Shown one piece after another: positions 16,535 to 25,443 of a stretch of 64,000 nucleotides of DNA; the first letter of the stretch is position 1; every line of letters begins with the position of its first letter. The position numbers and the translations under genes are program-made. The stretch spans positions 647 to 64,646 of the forward strand of contig CANQSV010000005.1 of NCBI GenBank assembly GCA_947626605.1, written 5' to 3'. Source of the stretch: an uncultured Clostridia bacterium (GTDB lineage: Bacteria; Bacillota; Clostridia; TANB77; CAG-508). Below the pieces are notes generated by a model. The model ran no database searches, was not told where the DNA came from, and was given only the letters and a program-made list of their open reading frames with translations.

Positions 16535-17297
16535 CTAAAATTGATTATCAAACTCATACATTATAACACTTGCTACAGATAAAGCAACGGTTTCTGTTCT
16601 TAAAATTCTATTTCCTAATGTAATAACACGAGCTCCGCTTGTTTTGCAATAATTCGATTTCTTGTTTTTCTATTCCACCTTCTGGACCAATAATTACAGC
16701 TATTTTTAAATCTTTCTTAGCATTTTCTTTCAATTTATATAGTTCTTGTTTTAACGAATTATTCTTTTCATTTTCATATGCAACTAGTACTATATCATAA
16801 TTCTTTAATAAATCATATATTTTTTCTAAAACAATTACATTATTTACTTTAGGAATAATATCTCTTCCACTTTGTTTGGCTGCTATCTCAGATATTTTTT
16901 GCCATCTTTCTACTTTTTTTACCTTTGTTTTATCATCTAATTTTACTATGCATCTATTCATAGCAACTGGAGTTATTTCTTTAACACCTAATTCCACACA
17001 TTTTTCTATAATTAATTCCATTTTATCTGCTTTAGGTAATCCTTGTAATATATGTACATGAATCTTTGATTCTGCAACACTTTCGAGCCTCTTTTTTATT
17101 TTACATACAATATTATCCTTTTCTATTTCCAGTATTTCAGATAAATAGTTATTAGAATTAAATAAGTTACAAACTATTATATGGTCTCCTAATTTTAATC
17201 TTAATACATTTTTTATATGATTAACATCATCACCTAATATTATAACTTTATTTTCATCTTCACTTATCTGTTCATTTTTAACAAAAAACTTTGGCAT
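16535..17297 (-). CDS. rsmE: 16S rRNA m3U1498 methyltransferase RsmE, interrupted by an apparent 1-nt frameshift near 16627-16640
   Basis: The N-terminal PUA-like region and IIGPEGGI motif lie in the 16608-17297 ORF. The conserved C-terminus TSGARVITLGNRILRTETVALSVASVIMYEFDNQF* is in another frame and ends at 16535. Confidence 0.75.
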
Positions 17298-17393
17298 AGT
17301 TCCTCCTATATTTTTTTGTTCTTTGAGTATTATATATTATTATATGTATGTTATCAAGTAAAAAATTTAGCTTTCTTTTAATAATATGTAACA

Positions 17394-17420
17394 AAAGAAG
17401 AACTATAAAAGTTCTTCTCT
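17394..17420 (-). terminator. Intrinsic terminator after xerD
   Basis: AGAAGAAC-loop-GTTCTTCT stem followed on the minus strand by TTTTGTT. Confidence 0.6.
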
Positions 17421-17425
17421 TTACC

Positions 17426-18307
17426 TTATGCTCTTGGATGAGCTTTTTTATATACATTTTTTAAACTCTCATCTTGGAATTGCATATAAATCTGTGTTGA
17501 AGAAATGTCTGAATGTCCAAGCATAGTTTGTATTGCTTTTAAGTCTGCTCCATTTTGTAATAAATGGGTTGCAAATGAATGTCTTAAAACATGTGGTGTT
17601 ATATCTTTTGTTATATGTGCTTGCTCTTTATAATATTTAACTATTTTCCAGAATCCTTGTCTTGTTAACCTTTTTCCATTTGTATTAACAAATAGTGCTT
17701 TAACAGAATCATCTTTAATTATGATTGGTCTTGCATTAAGAATATAATCCTCTAATGCTTTTAATGATAATGAACCTAATGGAATATTTCTTTGTTTTGT
17801 TTCTGATTTACATGTTACATATCCTTCTTCTAGGTTAACATCTTCTACATCTAACGAAATTATTTCTGTTACTCTCATTCCTGTAGCATATGCAAACTCT
17901 AGCATTGCTTTATCTCTGATTCCTTTTAATTCAACACTTTTAGGTTGATCTAATAATAATTCAATTTCTTGTGCTGATAATATGCTTGGTGCTCTTTTTT
18001 CTATTTTTGGAGCTTGAACTTTTTCTGTAGGATCTTTCTTAATTTTTCTTACTTTTAATAAATATTGATAGAAAGCTCTAATTGTAGCTAGATTTCTAGA
18101 TATTGTTGATGGTTTTTTTCCAATTTCTTCTAGATGTTTAAAATATTTTTTAATGGTTTCTTCTGTTGCTTTTGTATATACTATTTTATTTTCTGATGTA
18201 TATCTATAAAATTGCATTATATCTCTTTCATATGATTGTAAAGTGTTTTTAGATGCTTTTTTATCATTTTTCAAAAAATCTAAAAAATTTCTTATTTGTT
18301 TTTCCAT
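17426..18307 (-). CDS. xerD: Tyrosine site-specific recombinase XerD/XerC family
   Basis: C-terminal HVLRHSFATHLL..GHSDISSTQIY catalytic motifs. Housekeeping context next to spoIIM. The ATG at 18307 follows GGGAGAG. Confidence 0.8.
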   Translation of the reverse strand: MEKQIRNFLDFLKNDKKASKNTLQSYERDIMQFYRYTSENKIVYTKATEETIKKYFKHLEEIGKKPSTISRNLATIRAFYQYLLKVRKIKKDPTEKVQAPKIEKRAPSILSAQEIELLLDQPKSVELKGIRDKAMLEFAYATGMRVTEIISLDVEDVNLEEGYVTCKSETKQRNIPLGSLSLKALEDYILNARPIIIKDDSVKALFVNTNGKRLTRQGFWKIVKYYKEQAHITKDITPHVLRHSFATHLLQNGADLKAIQTMLGHSDISSTQIYMQFQDESLKNVYKKAHPRA

Positions 18308-18466
18308 GTTCAACTCTCCCATACAAATATTAATTATTCAATTTTTTATTTACATAAACTATATAAGTTATATCAAATACTGTCAAAATTGTAAATACTT
18401 TTTGTTTTTTTTTATAAATATTTTTCTTTTTTTCACATATATATGTTTACTCTAAACTGTTGTATC

Positions 18467-19159
18467 TTATAAAAATTTTGCTATATTTTCAATAATAAGT
18501 GTAGAAAAATACCCCGATATAAATGCTTCTATAATTAGTATATTGAAAAATATTATACTAGTAGTTGTATGCCTACATAATTCCAATTTGATATTTTCTC
18601 TACGCTTATCTTTTATAATGACCTTATAAATTTTTATTCCGCTAACAGCAATAGCTAGAATACATGGAATACACAAAATATTTTGTAAAAACATTGTGGA
18701 AAAAACAAATAAACTTCCTTTTCCTATTCCTAAAATTGCCGTTATTGCAGCTATAGTATATCCAAGAGTAAAACCTTTAAATAATATAGTTATATATACA
18801 ATTGGTATTCCTATTATTGTTAAACCGGCAAACCACAATGTTATTGTAAATACTAAATTATTTCTTATCGTTTCTAGGAAAACGGCTTTTTTATTTATGC
18901 ATTTTCCATCTTTTAAATTCAAAATATAATCTTGAATATATGTTGTTGTTTCTGCTTTTTGAGTTTCATTTAAATTGTTTATGAGCACTGTACCTATAAT
19001 TATTCCTATTAATAGTAATGATAGCACAGAAAAAATCTCTCTTATATTATTTTGTATGTAGTTTATAACTATTGATTTAATATCAAATTTGAATTTATAT
19101 TTAGTATTGTAATTAAATCTTTTTTCACTTATTATATTTGTTCTACCATTGGTAATCAT
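18467..19159 (-). CDS. spoIIM: Stage II sporulation protein M
   Basis: Polytopic membrane protein of about 210-230 aa with the SpoIIM-like layout (N-terminal TM, then a four-TM block). Synteny with xerD as in Bacilli and Clostridia. Confidence 0.65.
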   Translation of the reverse strand: MITNGRTNIISEKRFNYNTKYKFKFDIKSIVINYIQNNIREIFSVLSLLLIGIIIGTVLINNLNETQKAETTTYIQDYILNLKDGKCINKKAVFLETIRNNLVFTITLWFAGLTIIGIPIVYITILFKGFTLGYTIAAITAILGIGKGSLFVFSTMFLQNILCIPCILAIAVSGIKIYKVIIKDKRRENIKLELCRHTTTSIIFFNILIIEAFISGYFSTLIIENIAKFL

Positions 19160-19210
19160 AACAAACCTCCACTCTTAGATAATTTTTATGTTATGAAACC
19201 ATTTTTAGAA

Positions 19211-20401
19211 CTATATTTTTATTTTTCCGTATACACCACCTCCTCCTGATTCTATAGAAAGTTTGCCCTCTCTAGCTTGTATAATATTATTTGCTATTTT
19301 TTCACCTATTACTGATTCTATGTCATCTTTTGAAATTTTATGTAAAATGTTCATTTCTGTTTCAAATTTATCTAATAATTTGTCTATTGTTTTCCCTCCA
19401 ACTCCAGGTATAAAAGTTAATGGAATTTGATAAATATATGGCGGTCTGTTTTTTGGACTTTTGGTTTCTTTTTTATCTTTGATAACCTCGATTCGGTCAA
19501 AAACTCCCATTGTAATATTTTTACTTTCACAATTATTGCACTTTACCACTGGTGCTTCTCCTTCTATTGTTTTTTCGCACACTTCGCAAAAAGTTCTATG
19601 ATATTTTCCAAGTTTTGGGTCTAAACCATAATTACATAGAACCTTTCTTCCATCTTCATTTTTTAAAGCTTTTACTAATTCTTTAAAACTTATATTCTCT
19701 ACTAGTATCTTGTTATATTCTCTAGCAATTTTAGGTAAAGAATGTGCATCAGAATTTGTTAAAAAGGTTTTTTCTTCAAGTTCTGATATTTGATCTGCTA
19801 AAAAAGTATCTGAACTCAATCCCAATTCAACAGCTAAAATTTTACTATATTTTTCTTTAAATATTTTTTCCAATCTATCTGTGCAGTTACCATAAAAACT
19901 CTTGTGAGGGGTAAAAACATGTGCTGGAATTAGTATACCATTATATTTTTCTACTATATCTATAAGTTCATAAGCCGATATATCTGCTCTTTGAGAACTT
20001 AAAGTAATATTTCCAATGTGCTTACTCATTTCTTTTGAAAATCCCTTTATATCTGAAAGTTTTGGAAAAAAGCATATATTATGTGCACTACCTGTTTTTC
20101 CTTTTTCGTTTATCTCTGCTGTTTCTATTTCACTTCCTAGAATTATGCAAACTTTATCTTTATAAATAATTCCTCCATCTTCTATTTCATATGCATCACC
20201 ATTTTTTAGAAAATTTTCTATATCTTCTATAACATATGGAGAAGCACAATCAATAATACCTACTACATTTATACCTTTTCTATTAACGCATTCTTTAGCA
20301 ATATTAGCAAAATTAAGGCTTCTTGCAGCTGTTATTTTTATTGGCTTATTATTTTCACTTCTACCTATATGTACATGCAAATCTGCAAAAATCTCATACA
20401 T
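19211..20401 (-). CDS. Endonuclease Q-like PHP-domain protein (TIGR00375 family)
   Basis: N-terminal PHP motif ADLHVHIGRS. Zn-ribbon CEVCEK...CNNCES. C-terminal helix-hairpin-helix IPGVGGKTIDKL. Confidence 0.6.
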   Translation of the reverse strand: MYEIFADLHVHIGRSENNKPIKITAARSLNFANIAKECVNRKGINVVGIIDCASPYVIEDIENFLKNGDAYEIEDGGIIYKDKVCIILGSEIETAEINEKGKTGSAHNICFFPKLSDIKGFSKEMSKHIGNITLSSQRADISAYELIDIVEKYNGILIPAHVFTPHKSFYGNCTDRLEKIFKEKYSKILAVELGLSSDTFLADQISELEEKTFLTNSDAHSLPKIAREYNKILVENISFKELVKALKNEDGRKVLCNYGLDPKLGKYHRTFCEVCEKTIEGEAPVVKCNNCESKNITMGVFDRIEVIKDKKETKSPKNRPPYIYQIPLTFIPGVGGKTIDKLLDKFETEMNILHKISKDDIESVIGEKIANNIIQAREGKLSIESGGGGVYGKIKI

Positions 20402-20490
20402 TTTAAATACTTCCTTTCAATATAATAAAGACAGCCCATTTTCTCATATAATATATAATAAATAGTCTGTCTTTTGTATTTCATAAAAAT

Positions 20491-20802
20491 TTATTCTCTT
20501 TCGTTTTTCTCTTTTGAATTTAAATATTCACTAATTGTTTGTGCCGTTTCAGTTTCAACTCTAGCCTTTATTTCATTAACAAATGTTTTATTATTTTCTA
20601 GAATTTTGTCCCAATTATCTGTTTCATTTTTTGAATTTGTTTTCTTACTCTGCAAAGGATGTTTGCTATCCCACTCCTCACAATACTCAACATTTTCTGT
20701 AACTCTTTTTATGGCTACTAATGGAGTTATTAAAGGATCATTCATTTGTACAACTAGTTTTGATATCAAATGTCTTCTTCCATCTTCTATTGTTTTGCTC
20801 AT
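20491..20802 (-). CDS. Hypothetical protein
   Basis: 103-aa ORF whose start overlaps the stop of the upstream gene by 4 nt (ATGA-type coupling). No recognisable motif. Confidence 0.5.
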   Translation of the reverse strand: MSKTIEDGRRHLISKLVVQMNDPLITPLVAIKRVTENVEYCEEWDSKHPLQSKKTNSKNETDNWDKILENNKTFVNEIKARVETETAQTISEYLNSKEKNERE

Positions 20803-21338
20803 ATAGCAACCCCCTCTTCCAAATTTACAAATTTTAAAAATTTATCTAGGTATTGGTTGCTCTCACCTTTAAAATCTTTATGTTTTAGTAAAATTATAGC
20901 ATCATCTATAGAAAAAGCTTTTGAATTATCTTTTTCAAGTAGCATTTCTCCAAAATTATCTACTAATTCTAAAATATCTCCTTCTTTTGTTCTTTTAGCA
21001 GGACTTGTATTTCTGTTTACTTGCTTACAAACATTACAAAAATAATCATTAAATCCCAGACATTCTAGATATTCAACTCCATCATATACATATTCTTCTA
21101 TATTAACTAAATCTGATAAATTAGTTGTTTTTTTGCAGGCATACAAAAGACATGCAGTAAGTACTAAATTTCTATCAATATCTATTTTCATTGTGTCAAT
21201 AAATAATCTTGCAAGTTCTGTCTTAAATGCTACTGATTTATCAAAAAATAACCTTTCTTTTTTACTAAGATAATATGCTATTTCTATTTTTCGTGTATAA
21301 TCTTCTTCTGACAAAATATAATCTGCAAAAGTCTCCAC
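20799..21338 (-). CDS. Hypothetical protein
   Basis: 179-aa ORF with normal coding composition. No motif recognised. Confidence 0.55.
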   Translation of the reverse strand: METFADYILSEEDYTRKIEIAYYLSKKERLFFDKSVAFKTELARLFIDTMKIDIDRNLVLTACLLYACKKTTNLSDLVNIEEYVYDGVEYLECLGFNDYFCNVCKQVNRNTSPAKRTKEGDILELVDNFGEMLLEKDNSKAFSIDDAIILLKHKDFKGESNQYLDKFLKFVNLEEGVAI

Positions 21339-21464
21339 GTTTTCCTCCTAAAATAATCTTTTGTATCTTTGTAATTCTATATTACATATAGTTGTATTAT
21401 ATTCTAAAAAAAAAGTTTTTTCAACAAAATAATGCAAATGTAATATTCTTGTCATAAAGCTTAA

Positions 21465-21496
21465 GAAGGGTATTATTGTTTAAAATAATACCCTTC
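21465..21496 (-). terminator. Hairpin after coaE
   Basis: GAAGGGTATTATT-loop-AATAATACCCTTC, a 13-bp stem. Confidence 0.55.
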
Positions 21497-21515
21497 CTAA
21501 ATTATAATATTTAAT

Positions 21516-22103
21516 TTATTTTATTTTTTCTTTTATTTCTTCTATACATTCTTTAAGATAATCAATATCTTTTACATTTTCGATTATAAAATCTGAATTT
21601 TCTCTTATAAAATCGTTATCTTTTTGAATATTTAATCTCTTTATAGCTAAATCTTCTGCTATATTATCACGTTTCATTATTCTTTCCACTTTTACTTCGT
21701 TTGGAGCAATTACTCCTATTACAAAATCACAAATTTGATTTAAATTACTTTCAAACAAAAGAGGTGCATCTATAACAATAAATTCTTTTGCACTTGATAA
21801 AGATATAAGTCTTTTAATTTCATCTACAACATATATAAAAGTTAGTTGATTAAGTTCTTCCCTTTTCTTTTCATCCTCAAAAATAATTTCTGCTAGTTCT
21901 TTTCTTTTTAATTCACCCTTTTCATCTATAATATGGGTTCCAAAACATTCTACAATTGAATTGAAATATAAAGTTCCTTTTTTTGAAAGTTTTTTAGCTA
22001 TTTTATCAGCATCAATTATTGTTGCTTTTTCTCCTTTTTTTAAAATATCGCATATTGTAGTTTTGCCTGAACCAGATGTTCCAACTAGTCCTATTATCTT
22101 CAT
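21516..22103 (-). CDS. coaE: Dephospho-CoA kinase
   Basis: MKIIGLVGTSGSGKTT P-loop start. The ATG at 22103 lies 8 nt after AAAGGAG. Confidence 0.85.
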   Translation of the reverse strand: MKIIGLVGTSGSGKTTICDILKKGEKATIIDADKIAKKLSKKGTLYFNSIVECFGTHIIDEKGELKRKELAEIIFEDEKKREELNQLTFIYVVDEIKRLISLSSAKEFIVIDAPLLFESNLNQICDFVIGVIAPNEVKVERIMKRDNIAEDLAIKRLNIQKDNDFIRENSDFIIENVKDIDYLKECIEEIKEKIK

Positions 22104-22116
22104 ATAAAACACTCCT

Positions 22117-22551
22117 TTAGATTCTGTTAATCTCACTTCTTGCTAATTCATCACATCTATTATTATATTCATTATCACTATGACCTTTTACTTTAATAAA
22201 TGTAACTTCATGCTCTTTTGTTAAACTGTATAGTTGTTGCCATAATTCCTTATTTTTTACTGGTGTTTTGCCAGATGTTTTCCAACCATTTTTCATCCAA
22301 CCATAAATCCACTTTTGCTCGAATGCATTAACAACATATGCACTATCGCTATATAAATTTACTTTGCATGGAAATTTTAGCATTTTTAAACCTTCAATTA
22401 CTGCTGTTAATTCCATTATATTATTTGTAGTTTCAGGGCTTCCTCCTGATATTTCTTTTTTTACATCTTTATACATAAGAATTGCTCCCCAACCACCTGG
22501 TCCTGGATTTCCTGAGCAAGCTCCATCTGTATATATTGTGACATTTTCCAT
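22117..22551 (-). CDS. rnhA: Ribonuclease HI
   Basis: [24 protein letters not shown] and [16 protein letters not shown] motifs. Confidence 0.9.
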   Translation of the reverse strand: MENVTIYTDGACSGNPGPGGWGAILMYKDVKKEISGGSPETTNNIMELTAVIEGLKMLKFPCKVNLYSDSAYVVNAFEQKWIYGWMKNGWKTSGKTPVKNKELWQQLYSLTKEHEVTFIKVKGHSDNEYNNRCDELARSEINRI

Positions 22552-22665
22552 ATACTCTTCCTTAAATAAAATAATTTTTTACATATTTGTATTTTTTCCC
22601 CATATATGATATTATATCAATAAATTGACTCTAATACAAGTTTTTTTGAAAGGAAAGTGTTATTT

Positions 22666-23910
22666 ATGAACAATGTTTTAGGAATAGTTGCTGAGTATAA
22701 TCCATTTCACAATGGTCATTTACATCATATATTAGAATCCAAAAAGCTATCTAAAACAGATTATGTTGTTGTTATAATGTCTGGCAACTTTGTTCAACGT
22801 GGTAATACTTCTCTTATAGATAAATGGACAAAAACAGAAATGGCTCTACGAAATGGTGCTGATTTAATAATAGAGTTGCCTACTATATATAGCATCTCTA
22901 GTGCTGAAAACTTTGCTGAAGGTGCTATAAAACTCTTAGATTCTTTAGGAATTATAGATGTTCTTTCTTTTGGTTCTGAACATTGCGATATTTCTGTTTT
23001 AGATGATATAGCTAATATTTTATATAATGAGCCTAAAGAGTATTCTTCTCTTCTTAATCGTGAACTTCAAAAAGGTGTTTCTTTTCCCACCGCTAGGGAA
23101 AGAGCTCTTATGCTTTATTTAAACGATATAAGAAGATATGCCAATGTTCTTTCCAGTCCAAATAATATTTTAGGAATTGAATATTTAAAAGCTATTAAAA
23201 GATTAAAAAGCACTATACAATGTATTTCTATTAATAGAATGGGCTCTTCTTATACTAGTACCTCTATTGACAATGAATTTGCAAGTGCTACTGCTATTAG
23301 AGAACTTTTCAAAAAACATGATTTTATAGAAATATCAAAAGTGATGCCAAAATCTTCCTTCCAGCTTTTGCAAGATAATGTTTCCAAAGGTCACTATGTT
23401 TCTGATATTTCTTGTTTACAAAAAGAAATATTGTATAAATTTAGAACTATGTCTACAGATGAAATAAATGATTTACCTGATGTAAATGAAGGATTAGATG
23501 TTGTATTGAAAAAAGCTGCCGATTCTTGCAATTCTTTAAAAGAATTTTTTAATATTGCAAAAACTAAACGTTTTACGCAAACCAGACTTCAACGTATTTG
23601 TTTATATGCATTAATTGGAATTACTAAAAAAGATATGCAAACTGCTAAAAAGACTATACCTTTTATAAGAGTTTTAGGTTTTAACAACAATGGAAAAGAA
23701 TTAATATCAGAAGTGCATAAGTTAAATCCTAAACTTCCTATTATAACTTCTGTAAAGCGTTTTATGGATTCTAATCCTAATAAGGTTTTAAAATCAATGC
23801 TTGAAACTGATATAAAAGCAACAAACATATATACTTTAGGATATGAATATGACTCTTGGTCAAATTTAGATTATACGCATAAATTAGTAACTGTTAATAA
23901 TGAAAAATAG
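22666..23910 (+). CDS. tmcAL: tRNA(Met) cytidine acetate ligase (TmcAL/YlbM, DUF795 nucleotidyltransferase)
   Basis: GIVAEYNPFHNGHLHHI HIGH-type motif at the N-terminus, about 415 aa. ATG at 22666; the ORF track begins at the GTG at 22657. Confidence 0.75.
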   Translation: MNNVLGIVAEYNPFHNGHLHHILESKKLSKTDYVVVIMSGNFVQRGNTSLIDKWTKTEMALRNGADLIIELPTIYSISSAENFAEGAIKLLDSLGIIDVLSFGSEHCDISVLDDIANILYNEPKEYSSLLNRELQKGVSFPTARERALMLYLNDIRRYANVLSSPNNILGIEYLKAIKRLKSTIQCISINRMGSSYTSTSIDNEFASATAIRELFKKHDFIEISKVMPKSSFQLLQDNVSKGHYVSDISCLQKEILYKFRTMSTDEINDLPDVNEGLDVVLKKAADSCNSLKEFFNIAKTKRFTQTRLQRICLYALIGITKKDMQTAKKTIPFIRVLGFNNNGKELISEVHKLNPKLPIITSVKRFMDSNPNKVLKSMLETDIKATNIYTLGYEYDSWSNLDYTHKLVTVNNEK

Positions 23911-23941
23911 AAGGGATAAGTTATTTTATCCCCTCTTTTTT
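23911..23941. terminator. Bidirectional terminator between convergent genes
   Basis: GGGATAA-loop-TTATCCC followed by CTCTTTTTT. Confidence 0.55.
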
Positions 23942-24752
23942 ATTCTTCGCTCTTTCTTTGTTTTATTATATTTTCAGCATATTTTATTTTTGATTTAAAT
24001 TTATTTTTTAGTTCTTCTGTTTTCATTTTCATTTCATTTCTTTTTCTAATTGATAATCTTTTTCTTGCTTTAATTTTTGTATTTAATCTGTTCTTCCATT
24101 CTTCTATTTTTACCTTTGTATCAATAGCTGGGAACGCATAAACAAGTCTCTTGTGTAGTCTTGATTTCTTTGATAGTATTTTTCTAACCTTAGTTGACAA
24201 TTCTTCTGTATTGTCTTTCAATGCTCTAGATACATCTTTTAAGTTCATTATTATTTTGAATGAAGTTATATTATCTGCTATATATCCTATCACTAGTGCA
24301 GCAACTAATATATGAACAAAAGGTGGTTTAAAGATTGAAAGTATGTTAATAAAGAATGGATTTACAAAATATATTATTAAACACGCTAATACTCCAAATA
24401 ATAGTAAACAATCTAAACATACTCTTCCATTAATGTTAAATTTTTTGTATGTATAATCCCACCATCTTGCATTAAAAAGCTTCTCCATTATTAGGCTTGT
24501 GTAATACTCCAATATTCCTGCAATTAGAATAGACATTATAAATGTTATTACTATATCATCATTATATTTTTTTAGTAATATAGTTATTAATATCACACCA
24601 TATCCATATATTGGACAATATGGACCTATAAGAAATCCTCTGTTTATAAATTTCTTCTTTCTAACTAGATTTATTGCCACTTCCCATACCCAGCCTAAAA
24701 ATGAGTAAATAAAAAACAATAAAATATATGTTTCAATTACTTTAATTTCCAT
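23940..24752 (-). CDS. Polytopic membrane protein (putative ABC-transporter type IV / CmpB-like family) with a K/R-rich C-terminal tail
   Basis: FIYSFLGWVWEV...GPYCPIYGYG motifs. Start probably MEIKVIE at 24752 (ORF-track start 24797). Confidence 0.6.
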   Translation of the reverse strand: MEIKVIETYILLFFIYSFLGWVWEVAINLVRKKKFINRGFLIGPYCPIYGYGVILITILLKKYNDDIVITFIMSILIAGILEYYTSLIMEKLFNARWWDYTYKKFNINGRVCLDCLLLFGVLACLIIYFVNPFFINILSIFKPPFVHILVAALVIGYIADNITSFKIIMNLKDVSRALKDNTEELSTKVRKILSKKSRLHKRLVYAFPAIDTKVKIEEWKNRLNTKIKARKRLSIRKRNEMKMKTEELKNKFKSKIKYAENIIKQRKSEE

Positions 24753-24825
24753 TAACTCCACTTCCTTTTTTAGAGTTTTTCTTAAAATTATAATCAAATT
24801 GTTTTTATATTATCACACTATAAAC

Positions 24826-25392
24826 TTACTTATATAACTCTTTGTATATTTTATAGTTTCTAAGTGTTTTTCTTACATAATTATTAGTTTCATTAAATGG
24901 TATATTTTCAAGATCTGATCCATCATCTTTTATAACCTCATTTTCAATCCAATCATCTACATTTCCTATTCCCGCATTATATGCTGCCAAAGCTATACTA
25001 GAATCATTATTATATGCTTTTATTAATCTAGTATAATAATTAACTCCTATCATTATGTTTAATTCTGGATCATATAAGGTTTCTCCCTTTACATATTTTA
25101 TGTCTAAATCTTCTGCTATTTCTTCTGCCGTAGATTCCATAATTTGCATCAATCCAACTGCTCCACTACTAGAAACTACTTTTTCGTTAAAGTTACTTTC
25201 AGCTTTTATAATTGAAAATATCAATAATGGATCTACTCCATACATTTTAGAGTATTTATATACATATGCTTCATATTTAATAGGATAAAAATATTTATAA
25301 ACAACATCTTGTATTTTTATCACTTTAAATAGCGTAAAGAATACTACTATTAGTATAATACATATTATACCTATCATCTTCTTTTTTTTCAA
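24826..25392 (-). CDS. Lytic transglycosylase (SLT domain), membrane anchored
   Basis: AESNFN...GAVGLMQI catalytic motif and AYNAG motif. N-terminal TM segment. Confidence 0.8.
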   Translation of the reverse strand: MKKKKMIGIICIILIVVFFTLFKVIKIQDVVYKYFYPIKYEAYVYKYSKMYGVDPLLIFSIIKAESNFNEKVVSSSGAVGLMQIMESTAEEIAEDLDIKYVKGETLYDPELNIMIGVNYYTRLIKAYNNDSSIALAAYNAGIGNVDDWIENEVIKDDGSDLENIPFNETNNYVRKTLRNYKIYKELYK

Positions 25393-25443
25393 ATCTATCT
25401 CTCCTCAATTATCCATCATCTTCTTTTGTAAATTAATATATAA

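Noticed and set aside
17426-18307. The tyrosine recombinase considered as the integrase of a mobile element.
   Set aside because: It has a XerD-like sequence and the conserved housekeeping context next to spoIIM and rsmE. There are no flanking att-like repeats or phage or ICE genes.
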